DNA of 64,000 nucleotides from Nitrospirota bacterium (GCA_963751455.1 CAVVUN010000015.1:1216001-1280000); one strand, 5' to 3'; counted from the first letter of the stretch, positions 39,241 through 49,565 are shown. Made by a program: numbers and translations. Notes: generated from the sequence alone by a model not told the origin.

Positions 39241-41175
39241 ATGACGACCACTAGGACAAAACACAGGCAAAACGTACTCTCCGGGATCAGTCTTCTGACC
39301 GACCACGATATCTACCTCTTTAAAGAGGGAAACCATTTCAAGCTGTACGAGAAACTCGGCTCACACGTCATGACCGCCGAAGGCGTGACCGGTACGTTGT
39401 TCGCCCTCTGGGCCCCCAACGCCCGCGCTGTATCCGTAGTGGGAGATTTTAACGGATGGAACAGGGAGTCGCATAAATTGAAAGTGCGCGACGACGGCTC
39501 CGGCATTTGGGAAGGATTTATTCCGGATATCGGACAGGGCACTCTGTATAAATATTACATTCGTTCCAGGCATCATCACGAAGCGGAAAAAGGAGACCCC
39601 TTCGCGTTCTCCTGGGAGGCGCCGCCCCGAACAGCGTCTCTGGTATGGGACCTGGAGTACGATTGGAAGGATAGCGGCTGGATGCGGGACAGGCACAGCC
39701 GAAATTCCCTGAGTTCGCCCTTCTCGGTATACGAAATGCACCTCGGATCGTGGCGGCGTGTGCCGGAGGAGAACAACCGCTCCCTCACCTACCGCGAGAC
39801 GGCGGATTATCTTCCCGAATATCTGAAAGACACCGGGTTTACTCACGTGGAATTCATGCCGGTGATGGAACATCCCTTTTACGGCTCCTGGGGATACCAG
39901 ATCACGGGCTTTTTTGCGCCCACCAGCCGCTACGGCACGCCCCAGGACTTCATGTACCTCATCGACCGCCTGCACGAGGAGGGGATCGGCGTAATTCTCG
40001 ACTGGGTGCCTTCGCATTTCCCCGATGATGCACACGGCCTGGTGTTTTTCGACGGCACGCATCTCTACGAACACGAGGACCCGCGCAAGGGTTTTCATCC
40101 CGAATGGAAAAGCTACATTTTCAACTATGGCCGTTACGAGGTCCGCAATTTCCTGATCAGCAGCGCGCTGTTCTGGCTGGACAGGTACCATGGCGACGGG
40201 CTTCGTATCGACGGCGTCGCCTCCATGCTGTATCTCGATTATGCGCGTCAGGACGGAGAATGGATCCCTAACGTTTACGGCGGCCGGGAAAACCTGGAGG
40301 CGATCGATTTTCTTCGCAGTTTGAACCGTGAAGTGTATCGCGCGTTCCCTGACGTGCAGACCATAGCCGAGGAGTCGACTGCCTGGCCCATGGTCTCCAG
40401 GCCTGCTCATGTGGGCGGGCTGGGTTTCGGCATGAAGTGGAACATGGGCTGGATGCACGATACTCTCGGGTTCTTCTCTGTGGACCCCGTCTTCCGCAAA
40501 TACCATCAGAGCGGCATCACCTTCAGCATCTGGTACGCGTTTTTCGAGAATTTCATGCTTCCGCTTTCCCATGACGAGGTCGTGTATGGCAAAGGGGCGC
40601 TAGCAGGGAAGATGCCGGGAAACCACCGGCAGAAACTCGCCAATCTTCGTATGCTGTTCGGATACCAGTATACGCATCCAGGGAAAAAGCTTCTGTTCAT
40701 GGGCGGCGAATTCGGCCAGTGGGCCGAATGGAGCCATGAAAAGAGCATTGAATGGCACCTCCTGCGGTTCCAGTCTCATCACGCGGTCTGGCAATGGGTC
40801 AGGGACCTAAACCATCTGTACCGGACCGAGCCTGCCCTGCATCAGCTTGAATTCGACCCATCGGGGTTCGAGTGGGTCGATTTCAGCGACAGCGACAGCA
40901 GCATTGTCAGCTATATCAGGAAGGGGTTTTCCGCCGGCGATACAGTCCTGGTTGTCTGCAATTTTACGCCCGTTCCCCGTTTTCATTATATGATAGGCGT
41001 TCCGGACGGGGGCCGTTGGAAAGAGCTTTTGAACAGCGACGCCGAGGTGTACGGAGGGACAGGGCTGGGCAACATGGGCGGCGTGGAAGCGAATCCTGCG
41101 GGCATTCACGGCAGAAGCCATTCGCTGGATCTTACTCTTCCTCCGCTGAGCATACTGATATTCAAGAGGGAGTAG
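39241..41175 (+). CDS. glgB: 1,4-alpha-glucan branching enzyme
   Basis: WAPNA, YEMHLGSW, SWGYQ, DGLRIDGVASMLY, AEEST and LSHDEVV GH13 motifs. Confidence 0.97.
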   Translation: MTTTRTKHRQNVLSGISLLTDHDIYLFKEGNHFKLYEKLGSHVMTAEGVTGTLFALWAPNARAVSVVGDFNGWNRESHKLKVRDDGSGIWEGFIPDIGQGTLYKYYIRSRHHHEAEKGDPFAFSWEAPPRTASLVWDLEYDWKDSGWMRDRHSRNSLSSPFSVYEMHLGSWRRVPEENNRSLTYRETADYLPEYLKDTGFTHVEFMPVMEHPFYGSWGYQITGFFAPTSRYGTPQDFMYLIDRLHEEGIGVILDWVPSHFPDDAHGLVFFDGTHLYEHEDPRKGFHPEWKSYIFNYGRYEVRNFLISSALFWLDRYHGDGLRIDGVASMLYLDYARQDGEWIPNVYGGRENLEAIDFLRSLNREVYRAFPDVQTIAEESTAWPMVSRPAHVGGLGFGMKWNMGWMHDTLGFFSVDPVFRKYHQSGITFSIWYAFFENFMLPLSHDEVVYGKGALAGKMPGNHRQKLANLRMLFGYQYTHPGKKLLFMGGEFGQWAEWSHEKSIEWHLLRFQSHHAVWQWVRDLNHLYRTEPALHQLEFDPSGFEWVDFSDSDSSIVSYIRKGFSAGDTVLVVCNFTPVPRFHYMIGVPDGGRWKELLNSDAEVYGGTGLGNMGGVEANPAGIHGRSHSLDLTLPPLSILIFKRE

Positions 41176-41189
41176 AATTATTATTGATC

Positions 41190-41400
41190 TTATCCGCAGA
41201 TTACGCCGATTGCACAGATTGAAGAGAACACCAATTATGAAAGTCATAAAAAGTGTTATTTCGAGCGAGAAATATCTTTATGATTGGTTGAAAAGAGTCT
41301 TCACCTCCTCGAAGCAGACACTTACCAATATGATACAGATGTATCGTTGTTAAAATATTATTAGAATATAATCTGCGCTCATCTGCGTAATCTGCGGATT
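41190..41400. repeat. CGCAGATT-family element between glgB and glgC
   Basis: TTATCCGCAGATTACGCCGATTGCACAGATT ... AATCTGCGCTCATCTGCGTAATCTGCGGAT. Confidence 0.85.
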
Positions 41401-41432
41401 GAACTGTGATATGTCCTCTAAGGAGGATGCCG

Positions 41433-42671
41433 ATGGCCCACCCCAGGATACTCGCATTCGTTCTTGCCGGAGGCAAAGGGGAGCGCCTTTTTCCCCTTAC
41501 CGAATTCCGCTCCAAGCCGGCTGTTCCGTTCGGCGGCCGATACCGCATAACGGACTTCGTGCTGAGCAACATGATCAACTCCCGCATCTATTCGCTTTAC
41601 CTTCTGGTACAGTACAAATCACAGTCCCTGATCGAGCATGTGCGCCAGAACTGGACCATGTCGCCGCTGGTACGCGACCATTTCGTTACGGTCGTCCCGC
41701 CCCAGATGCGGATGGGCCCGGACTGGTTCCAGGGAACGGCGGACGCTGTTTTCCAGAACATCAACCTGATTTACGATTACGATCCAGAAGTGATCGCCGT
41801 GTTCGGATCAGACCACATTTACCGGATGGATATACGCCAGATGATCGATTTTCATCTCGATAAGAAAGCAGTCGTGACAGTCGCCGCCCGGCCCGTGCCG
41901 CGCGAACAGGCTTCGTCGTTCGGGGTAATCGTGACCGATCAGGAGAAGCATATCACCGGTTTCCTGGAAAAACCGGCCGATCCTGTGCCCATGCCGGGCG
42001 ACCCCGGCCGCGCTTATGTCTCCATGGGGAATTATATCTTCAGCAGGCAAGCCCTGGTCGATTCGTTGATAAAGGCAGAGGAGAGGAAACAGCATGACTT
42101 CGGCGCCCATATCATTCCCGGACTTCTGGAAACGGGCAGGGTTTTCGCATACGATTTCGCAGAAAACGTGATTCTAGGGACCATGCCGTACGAGGAGAAG
42201 GGCTATTGGCGCGACGTGGGCACACTGCCCGCCTACTTCGAGGCCACCATGGATATGCTCGGAGAATTTCCGAAATTCGAGCTTCGCAACCGGCTGTGGC
42301 CGATCCATCCTCCCCAGTACGACGCGCCCTCCGCCAAGATAAACGCAGGCAAAATCCGGAACAGTGTAATATCGGAAGGGGTGGTAATCGGGAATGCCGA
42401 GATCGTGAACTCGACGATCAGGAAAAATGTCGAGATCGAGGACGACGTCTCGATCGAAGACTGTATCATCATGGACCATAGCGTGCTCAGGAAAGGGTGC
42501 CGCCTGAGAAGGGTGATTGTCGACAAGTTCAACACGATCGCGGAGAGAGAGGAAATCGGGTTCGACCCGGAGAAAGACCGGCGTTACTGCGGCTGTTATC
42601 TCGATCCCTCCGGCCTTGCCGTTATTTCCAAGGGGGAGCGCCTGATGAAACGCCTGAAAGGGTTCCGCTGA
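41433..42671 (+). CDS. glgC: Glucose-1-phosphate adenylyltransferase
   Basis: LAGGKGERLFPLT..RSKPAVPFGG, GTADAV, DHIYRMD, FLEKP, YWRDVGT; AGGAGG RBS. Confidence 0.97.
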   Translation: MAHPRILAFVLAGGKGERLFPLTEFRSKPAVPFGGRYRITDFVLSNMINSRIYSLYLLVQYKSQSLIEHVRQNWTMSPLVRDHFVTVVPPQMRMGPDWFQGTADAVFQNINLIYDYDPEVIAVFGSDHIYRMDIRQMIDFHLDKKAVVTVAARPVPREQASSFGVIVTDQEKHITGFLEKPADPVPMPGDPGRAYVSMGNYIFSRQALVDSLIKAEERKQHDFGAHIIPGLLETGRVFAYDFAENVILGTMPYEEKGYWRDVGTLPAYFEATMDMLGEFPKFELRNRLWPIHPPQYDAPSAKINAGKIRNSVISEGVVIGNAEIVNSTIRKNVEIEDDVSIEDCIIMDHSVLRKGCRLRRVIVDKFNTIAEREEIGFDPEKDRRYCGCYLDPSGLAVISKGERLMKRLKGFR

Positions 42672-42688
42672 CAGCGTTTTATTTTGCT

Positions 42689-42847
42689 ATCCCGCGACTT
42701 GGCATCCCCCGGTCCATACACTCCCGCCGGGGGTGGAAAGCGTTTACTCGCACGTGGCTCGAACGAGCCATACAAGCGCGAGTGCGCAGTCCCGGGAGGT
42801 CGCGTTGTTCGAGGGAGCCTCCGGCTCCTGCCGAGGAAGCTCCACTC
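42689..42847 (-). repeat. GC-rich structured repeat, copy 1 (candidate ncRNA)
   Basis: Shares ATCCCGCGACT, CTCCCGCCGGGG and GGGAGGTCGCGTTGTTC..GGGAGCCTCCGGCTCCTGCCG..GCTCCACTC with 44442-44551. Confidence 0.65.
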
Positions 42848-43117
42848 CGCTGTTTCGGCCCGGTTCAGTGCATCAGGTTGAGCTGCCTTACGAGCTCTTT
42901 TAAACGTCACTTCTTCTGAATAATTCAGCCGGACCACTTGTTTTCTTTGGACCGGCATAGAGGTTTAAAACGGGGAAGGAACGGCGAATTGTGTCTCTGT
43001 TTCGAATTGAGAGCTCAGCGAGAGGGGCTTTGCCTGTTGTACTGTACCCCGAGGCTGCAAAGCGTGCCCTCCGGTTCTTAGGGGGCTCAACGGTCTCCAT
43101 CAGCAGACCGCATTTTA

Positions 43118-43408
43118 TTATCGGGGCTGATAGGTGGAACAATCGGCATGGCCCTTGTGGCTCGCCACATGGATGCCTGGCGCCGCACATTCCAGAGATT
43201 TATTGAATGTGCAATCGGATTCCTTGCACGCGCCCACTGAACCGGTTATTTCCATGGCGCCGCCTTTTTGAGAAGATTTAAAAAAGGTATCGCACATGGC
43301 GCAGTCTCCGTCGCCTACGGTTATGGCGACGGCGTGACATTGCTTGTTGTTATTATAGGAGCAGTCTGTTACTTCACAGTCCAGCACTTTTGGTGTTTGT
43401 ACGGCCAT
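43118..43408 (-). CDS. DUF1540-like Cys-rich protein
   Basis: Two repeats CxxxxCxxNxxxxCxA..I.V......CxT(F/Y); AGGAGG RBS. Confidence 0.8.
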   Translation of the reverse strand: MAVQTPKVLDCEVTDCSYNNNKQCHAVAITVGDGDCAMCDTFFKSSQKGGAMEITGSVGACKESDCTFNKSLECAAPGIHVASHKGHADCSTYQPR

Positions 43409-43517
43409 AGGATGCACCTCCTTAATTTGAGAGGCCCTCCTCGCTGATATGACGAGCATAGAACCCGGCGCATGATCTGTCAATCCACGAAAAGTTGCAG
43501 CAGGATAAGGGGTTGTA

Positions 43518-43794
43518 TTATCCGCAGATTGCACAGATTTAGCAGATCGATTAAATTAAAGCTGAAAGATATTAATGAGAGGAAAGATCTAGAAACCTTT
43601 ACTTCGCATTATCTTTAAATTTGAGTCAAGTTTTTGAGAAGCTAAAAAGCATTTACCGCGAAGGCGCGAGGAGCGCGAAGGAAACCATACGACAAAATCT
43701 TATTTCTGGTTTAAACCCGTTTCAATTCCTGCTTTCCTCGCGTCCTTCGCGCCTTCGCGGTTCCAAGGTATTTTTTGTGCTGTAATCTGCGGAT
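43518..43794. repeat. CGCAGATT element with a nested CGCGAAG element (43655-43761)
   Basis: Outer TTATCCGCAGATTGCACAGATT ... TAATCTGCGGAT; inner ACCGCGAAGGCGCGAGGAGCGCGAAG ... CCTCGCGTCCTTCGCGCCTTCGCGGT. Confidence 0.8.
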
Positions 43795-43798
43795 GGGA

Positions 43799-44374
43799 TT
43801 AATCTGCTTCGGCTATGATCCTTTTCGCCTTCTGGTAATCCTTATTTCGCGCGGTTTCCAGAAACATCCTGACGAGTTCGAGAACATTGCGGTAAAGGAG
43901 AAAATTTGCGGAGAGCTTTTGAAACAGATCCCGGTCGGTAAATTCCGAAGCAAGGCTGTACGAGCGCTGACCCTGAAGCAGGTAATGTTCATACAAACTG
44001 CTCCCGGGGATGATCAGTCTGCCAAGGATGAATTCTTTGCCGGTTTTCCTGGCAAGGGCCATAGGAAACATTCCGAGCATGAAGAGCGTATAGTCTCCGA
44101 TGTGCTTGTGGACCTGAAATTCTTTGGCGAAGCTCGGCGCATTGAGACGGACGTCGCCTTCAACAAGCATGTCTGCAATGTCCTCCAGCGGCTTGCCTGA
44201 CGAATTCCGGATTCTGAACAGATTATCGGAATGAATGAATCCGCACAGAATATGGTCCTCCAGATACTCCTCAACACCGGCTTTCTCCGCCGGATTCACA
44301 CTGAACCCGAAGTCCAGCGCCTTGCGAAACAATTTGCGAAGCGGATGGTCAGAGTTCAATTCTTTTTCATCCAT
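43799..44374 (-). CDS. Hypothetical protein
   Basis: 191-aa ORF with protein-like composition (KHIGDYTLFMLGMFP...GQRSY). Confidence 0.7.
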   Translation of the reverse strand: MDEKELNSDHPLRKLFRKALDFGFSVNPAEKAGVEEYLEDHILCGFIHSDNLFRIRNSSGKPLEDIADMLVEGDVRLNAPSFAKEFQVHKHIGDYTLFMLGMFPMALARKTGKEFILGRLIIPGSSLYEHYLLQGQRSYSLASEFTDRDLFQKLSANFLLYRNVLELVRMFLETARNKDYQKAKRIIAEAD

Positions 44375-44441
44375 CTTGTTACCGTCTCCATATTTAAAAA
44401 AGCAGCACTATAATATTACCCCCGCAGCTCTTCTCAAGTCA

Positions 44442-44551
44442 ATCCCGCGACTATGAATCCCCCGGCTCCCGCCGGGGAGATATGCGACGTTACCCGCGGG
44501 AGGTCGCGTTGTTCTGGGGAGCCTCCGGCTCCTGCCGGAGGGGCTCCACTC
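44442..44551 (-). repeat. GC-rich structured repeat, copy 2
   Basis: See 42689-42847; lacks the ~45-nt internal hairpin of copy 1. Confidence 0.65.
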
Positions 44552-44674
44552 GCATCGCTGAACAAAAGAAACGATACAGCAACCCCTTGAAACGGTATTG
44601 TTTTTTCTCCAGCATTGTGTTAAGTTTCTTAATCTTTTCATCTTACCGTGTAAAGTTCGAATACCAGCCACACT

Positions 44675-45322
44675 ATGACAGGATCTCAAAAAAAAAATAG
44701 CGCCGGTCTTTCGAGGCGGCTGCACTTTAACGAGGATGAACGGCGGTTGCCATGGCTTCCGATGCTGCTTGATGCGTATGCGATTATTGACACGGGCGTG
44801 GCAATAGCTGTGCGCGACGAGGAAAAAAAGCGGAAAAACAAGCTGGCCTGCACGAAAGGCTGTGGAAACTGCTGCAGCCATCAGCAGGACCTGCCGCTCT
44901 ATCCCCATGAACTTGTCGGAATTTACTGGTATGCAGCGGAAAAACTTATCCTGCCCGGGAGGGATGCTTTAAGGAACAGGCTTGCGGGTCATAAGCCCGG
45001 TTCCGGATGCCCGTTTCTGATTAATGATGCCTGTTCCATTCACCCTGTCCGGCCGGTCGGCTGCAGACAATTCAACGTTTTCTCGAGTCCATGCCTGCCC
45101 GGCGAAGACCCTTATTACACCAGGCGGCATGATGTCCTCGAACCCATCGTGGAATATACGGACCGTGCTTTCGAAGCTGTTCTGCCGTTTTACAACATGA
45201 ATAAGCAGGGAGACACCTCGAAGGGGATACGAATCGTTCGCTCACAGATCATGAATATTCATTCATTCGATTGGACAAAACTTGTCTCAATTATGGACCA
45301 GCCGCGTCAAGCGGCCGAATAA
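44675..45322 (+). CDS. YkgJ-family Cys-cluster (CxxxCxxCC) protein
   Basis: CTKGCGNCC, CPFL..DACSIHPVRPVGCRQF. Confidence 0.85.
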   Translation: MTGSQKKNSAGLSRRLHFNEDERRLPWLPMLLDAYAIIDTGVAIAVRDEEKKRKNKLACTKGCGNCCSHQQDLPLYPHELVGIYWYAAEKLILPGRDALRNRLAGHKPGSGCPFLINDACSIHPVRPVGCRQFNVFSSPCLPGEDPYYTRRHDVLEPIVEYTDRAFEAVLPFYNMNKQGDTSKGIRIVRSQIMNIHSFDWTKLVSIMDQPRQAAE

Positions 45323-45391
45323 GCTGATAAGAGGAGCAGCTTTTAGGAGCTTAAATTCCTTCCAAAAAAAATCTGACTATCCCGATAAATA

Positions 45392-45420
45392 TTGACTTTT
45401 TTATACAAAAGTCACATAAT
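45392..45420 (+). promoter_or_regulatory. sigma70 promoter overlapped by a palindromic operator-like site
   Basis: TTGACT-N17-CATAAT; TGACTTTT-N6-AAAAGTCA at 45393-45414. Confidence 0.5.
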
Positions 45421-45533
45421 TAAGCGCATATCAGTGAAGTTCAAAGCTCAAGGATCGGTTCCATCATTTTCCGGAGAGAGGCCGGATTGAACGGGCCGGG
45501 TGGGTGCCCCATGTTTTTCGAAGGAACCAGGGA

Positions 45534-48437
45534 ATGAAGCGAAAGATTATTCTGCTCCTGCTGGTATTGTTTCTCTTCTCCTCTCTCGGAGCAGGATTAA
45601 CCATCCTCTATATCAGAAATTCAACCAGTACGCTCAGCCGTCTCATTACTCTTCATCAGGTAGAAGACCTCCGGCAGCACCTCATCCTGTCCATTCATTC
45701 CGTTCAATCCGACCTTTATACCGTTAACACGTCGCTTGCAAAGAACCGGCAAGTGGCAGCCGACAATATCAGAAATCTGAAGCAGGCGGCGGGACAATGC
45801 TCGGAATGCCACCATACGCCCGAAGTGGCAAAGCGCATCGAGGAGATCCAGGCGCAGATCCGGCAATACGAAAGCAAACTTGTCGCCTCCACGAAGGTTT
45901 CATTGGACAGCCGGGTCTTCAGCAAGCTGAGACTTGATGCAGCGGCAACAGGTGATGATCTCCTGCTAAGAACTGCCGGCATGTCTGCAGCGGCAAAAAG
46001 CAAGCTCCAGCTCATGAGCAGCGATGCCATGAATTCCATAGGCAAGGCATGGTTGATTCTGTCCGTTGCGGTACTCATGACCTTTTGTGTCGCCGTTGTC
46101 GTGGCAGTGAACCTGACACGATCCATTACTCGTCCCTTCAATACGCTGATGGATGCCACGATGACGATTTCGTCCGGGGGGCTCGGGTACACGATCCCCT
46201 CGAACGATAAAACCGAGTTCGGCCGGCTGGCCGCCCACTTTAACGCGATGAGCGCCGCATTGAAGAACGGGTACGACAAGCTTCAACAGGAAATCCATGA
46301 ACGCAGGCAAACCGAAGAAGCGCTGGTAAAGTCGGAAGCCTTCCTCAATACGATCTTTGACAGCATCAGGGACCCCTTCTGCATCCTTGATAAATCGTTC
46401 AAGGTTATACGGGCCAATCAGTCTTATGCGCAGATGAAGAACGCAAAGCTCCAGGACCTGATCGGCGGGACCTGCTTCGACGTCCTCCATAAGAGAAACC
46501 GTCCGTGCGATGATTGCATCATAGAAAAGACCTTCAAATCCGGAGATTCCTGCGCCAAGGAAAAAAATGTTGCGCCCGTGGGGGCGGCCGTACAGACGTG
46601 GGTCCAGATTTTCACGTATCCGATTCTCGACCCGAATGGTACGATTACGCATGTGATCGAGTATATCCGGGACATCACGGAGCAAAAAAGAACCGAAGCG
46701 GCGCTTCGCGAAAGCGAGGAGCGGTACGCCCTCGCCGCGCGCGGCGCTAACGACGGGCTCTGGGACTGGGACCTGAAGAACAACAGGATTTATTATTCAT
46801 TCCGGTGGAAGTCGATGCTGGGCTATGGGGAAAAAGAATTCAGCGACCATCCCGAAGAGTGGTTCAGCAGGGTCCACCCGGATGATCGCGACGAACTGAA
46901 AGCGAAGATTTCGGCGCACTTAAACGATCGCAACCCGCATTTTGAGAGCGAGTACCGAATCATGCACCGCGATGGAACATTTCGGTGGGTACTGTGCCGG
47001 GGACTTGCGGTACGGGACAAGAACAATCGCGCGTCACGCATGGCCGGATCGCAGACGGACATCACGTCTCGGAAGAAGGCAGAGGAACAGCTCCTCTACG
47101 ACGCCTTCCATGACGACCTTACGGGTCTGCCGAACCGGGCCCTGTTCACGGACCGGCTTCAACACGTGATCCACACGTTCAAGCGCCGAACAGGCGATCT
47201 GTTCGCCGTTCTCTTTCTGGACATGGACCGTTTCAAGGTCACGAACGACAGTCTTGGTCATACCATAGGGGATGAGTTGCTGATAGCGGTAGCCGGAAAG
47301 CTGTCGGATTGCCTGCGTCCGGGAGATACCGTTGCTCGTCTGGGCGGAGATGAATTCGCCGTGCTTCTGGAGAACATCAAGGAACAAAAGGACGCGATCG
47401 AGGTTGCGGAACGGATTCACGCGAAGTTTACAAAGCCCCTGCTCGTAAAAGGCCATGAGGTGTTCACCTCTGTCAGTATCGGCATCGCACTCAGCTCGCC
47501 GGATTATGAACGTCCGGAGCAGATCCTGCGCGACGCAGACATTGCCATGTATCAGGCCAAGTCGAAAGGCAGCGCCGGGTACGAGATATTCGACAAGAAG
47601 ATGCATGCCACCATCCTCGACCGGTTGCAGCTGGAGTCGGACCTGCGACGGGCCTTGGACCACGGGGAATTCCTGCTCCATTATCAGCCGATCATGGACT
47701 TGAGGAGCCACCGCTTGATCGGATTCGAGGCGCTCGTACGGTGGGAGCATCCGAAAAGGGGGATCATCTATCCGCTTGATTTCATTCCTCTCGCCGAGGA
47801 GAACGGCCTGATCAACAGCCTCGGAGACTGGATCACGCGCGAGTCGTGCAAGCAACTGCAGAAGTGGCAGCGGCAATATCCAATGTCTCCCCCGCTTACC
47901 ATGAGTATTAATATCTCGAGCAAGCAGTTTTTACAGCCGAATCTGATCGACAAACTCGAAAGCGCGGTCAAAGAGAACGGTCTCGCTGCCTCAAGCATTG
48001 CACTTGAAATTACGGAAAGCATGATCATGGAGAATATCGACATGGCGATAACGACCATGGAGCGGTTGCGGGAAATGGGATTTCATATCTATATCGACGA
48101 TTTCGGCACCGGGTATTCTTCTCTCAATTACCTGCACAAGTTTCCCGTTACGGCCCTGAAGATAGACCGCACCTTCGTGAACAAGATCTCTATGAGCGGC
48201 GAAAACCAGGAGATCATCATGTCGATCGTTTCCCTGGCAAACAGCCTGAATCTCCCTGTTATCGCCGAGGGAGTAGAGCTTTCGCACCAGCTGTCCCGGA
48301 TCAAGGAATTGGAGTGTCAATTCGGACAGGGCTTCTTTTTCTCGGAACCTATGGAGTCGTTCGCAATCGACAAATGGATCAAGGCAGATATGACGGGTAT
48401 GATTGAAAAGGATGGTAAACGGAATTCAAGCTCTTGA
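45534..48437 (+). CDS. Membrane diguanylate cyclase/phosphodiesterase (periplasmic CxxCH, HAMP, 2 PAS, GGDEF, EAL)
   Basis: TM-CSECH-TM, HAMP, PAS/PAC, RLGGDEF, GFEALVRW, IDDFGTGYSS. Confidence 0.93.
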   Translation: MKRKIILLLLVLFLFSSLGAGLTILYIRNSTSTLSRLITLHQVEDLRQHLILSIHSVQSDLYTVNTSLAKNRQVAADNIRNLKQAAGQCSECHHTPEVAKRIEEIQAQIRQYESKLVASTKVSLDSRVFSKLRLDAAATGDDLLLRTAGMSAAAKSKLQLMSSDAMNSIGKAWLILSVAVLMTFCVAVVVAVNLTRSITRPFNTLMDATMTISSGGLGYTIPSNDKTEFGRLAAHFNAMSAALKNGYDKLQQEIHERRQTEEALVKSEAFLNTIFDSIRDPFCILDKSFKVIRANQSYAQMKNAKLQDLIGGTCFDVLHKRNRPCDDCIIEKTFKSGDSCAKEKNVAPVGAAVQTWVQIFTYPILDPNGTITHVIEYIRDITEQKRTEAALRESEERYALAARGANDGLWDWDLKNNRIYYSFRWKSMLGYGEKEFSDHPEEWFSRVHPDDRDELKAKISAHLNDRNPHFESEYRIMHRDGTFRWVLCRGLAVRDKNNRASRMAGSQTDITSRKKAEEQLLYDAFHDDLTGLPNRALFTDRLQHVIHTFKRRTGDLFAVLFLDMDRFKVTNDSLGHTIGDELLIAVAGKLSDCLRPGDTVARLGGDEFAVLLENIKEQKDAIEVAERIHAKFTKPLLVKGHEVFTSVSIGIALSSPDYERPEQILRDADIAMYQAKSKGSAGYEIFDKKMHATILDRLQLESDLRRALDHGEFLLHYQPIMDLRSHRLIGFEALVRWEHPKRGIIYPLDFIPLAEENGLINSLGDWITRESCKQLQKWQRQYPMSPPLTMSINISSKQFLQPNLIDKLESAVKENGLAASSIALEITESMIMENIDMAITTMERLREMGFHIYIDDFGTGYSSLNYLHKFPVTALKIDRTFVNKISMSGENQEIIMSIVSLANSLNLPVIAEGVELSHQLSRIKELECQFGQGFFFSEPMESFAIDKWIKADMTGMIEKDGKRNSSS

Positions 48438-48464
48438 TTTCCGGGCTGTCTCTGCTTAGGAGTG

Positions 48465-49502
48465 CTAAACCGGTATCGATTTTTTAACCTGTTTCGCGAA
48501 CTCTTCCTTCCCTCCGGAATTTTTGAATGCCTCAACAACCCGTCCCCGCTCCGAGGTAAATCGCTCGTGTCCCTGTTTTCGCGCCTGTTCGATCGTATTC
48601 CATTTTCCGGTATTTCTGAATTCAGCGTACGCCTCCCTGAGTTCGGGGAAAAGCGCTTTTCGGAACCCCTCCATCAGCGCGATGGACAAGGCCAGGGCTG
48701 CCTCGTCCCCGGCAGCGATGATATTTTTAAGCGGTCCTCTATCCGAAGTATCGGCTATCAGGTCCTTAATCGCCCGGAGATAGTGCTCGTTCGTGCGGTC
48801 TCCGGCGGCCCCGAGGATTTCTTTCCAAAGAGGCGCCGCCTCAGTGAATTCGGCGAGCTCGTGATACAGCACGATGTCGGCATAGCGGATTGCCAGTCCT
48901 TCAAGTCTTTGTTCGAGGGTACTGTCCATGATCGCGCGGCGCTGAAAGCCGTACAGGGCAAGCGCATCTTCGAGCAGCTGGTTTCGTCCGGCGTTCAATT
49001 CAGAAAACTTGAAATGAAGCATGATAAGCAGCGGTTCAAGCCGAAGGAAGACGGTGCTTCCCTGGAGCATTGCAGGCGCGGTAAACAGGTCTCTCGCATG
49101 TTCGAGGCCGGATGTATGTACGGTCACGCCTGACAGCTCTTTCGTCTCTTTCAATTCAGCCAGAAAAAAGGTGGGCTTCATGTACATCCCGTAGCCCGCG
49201 CCGTATACTAGCCCCTGCGGCCGGAGCGCCCTGTTTATGGCGTCCACATCAAAGGGCTGAAATGTGCGGCCCTCGACGTTCAAGTCGCGGAATTGCTGCT
49301 GCTCCAGCTCGGGCCAGCGGGACTCCTTTTCATCGATCCACGACGCGATGTCCTTACGATCGATATTCGACCAGGCCTTGAGGCCCTTTTCCGAGCGATA
49401 GAGCTCCCGGTAGCGAAGGAGAAGACCGCAAATCGAGAAAAACCCCCAGTACCCGGCATCGGAGACGTCGCAGTTAAATTTGATGTCATCTTTGAAAGCC
49501 AT
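48465..49502 (-). CDS. Conserved hypothetical protein (resembles Sfum_1244-type family)
   Basis: NCDVSDA..WGFFSICGLLLR, LVYGAGYG...KPTFFLAEL, LYHELAE; family assigned from recall only. Confidence 0.7.
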   Translation of the reverse strand: MAFKDDIKFNCDVSDAGYWGFFSICGLLLRYRELYRSEKGLKAWSNIDRKDIASWIDEKESRWPELEQQQFRDLNVEGRTFQPFDVDAINRALRPQGLVYGAGYGMYMKPTFFLAELKETKELSGVTVHTSGLEHARDLFTAPAMLQGSTVFLRLEPLLIMLHFKFSELNAGRNQLLEDALALYGFQRRAIMDSTLEQRLEGLAIRYADIVLYHELAEFTEAAPLWKEILGAAGDRTNEHYLRAIKDLIADTSDRGPLKNIIAAGDEAALALSIALMEGFRKALFPELREAYAEFRNTGKWNTIEQARKQGHERFTSERGRVVEAFKNSGGKEEFAKQVKKSIPV

Positions 49503-49565
49503 CTGGATTGGATCCCTTCTGATAATCTGATATTATCATTATTTATCAACCGGAATAAAAAGTAA

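Noticed and set aside
33954-40572. Long alternative-frame and antisense ORFs (33954-35093, 39361-40572; similarly 4472-5389)
   Set aside because: Shadows of GC3-rich real genes, with no recognisable motifs.
42689-42847. HDV-like ribozyme
   Set aside because: I could not build P1, P3 or P1.1, and the putative J4/2 differs between the two copies.
43055-43090. Group II intron domain V-like CGGTTCTTAGGGGG
   Set aside because: The 5' AGC/CGC triad stem of domain V and any RT ORF are missing.
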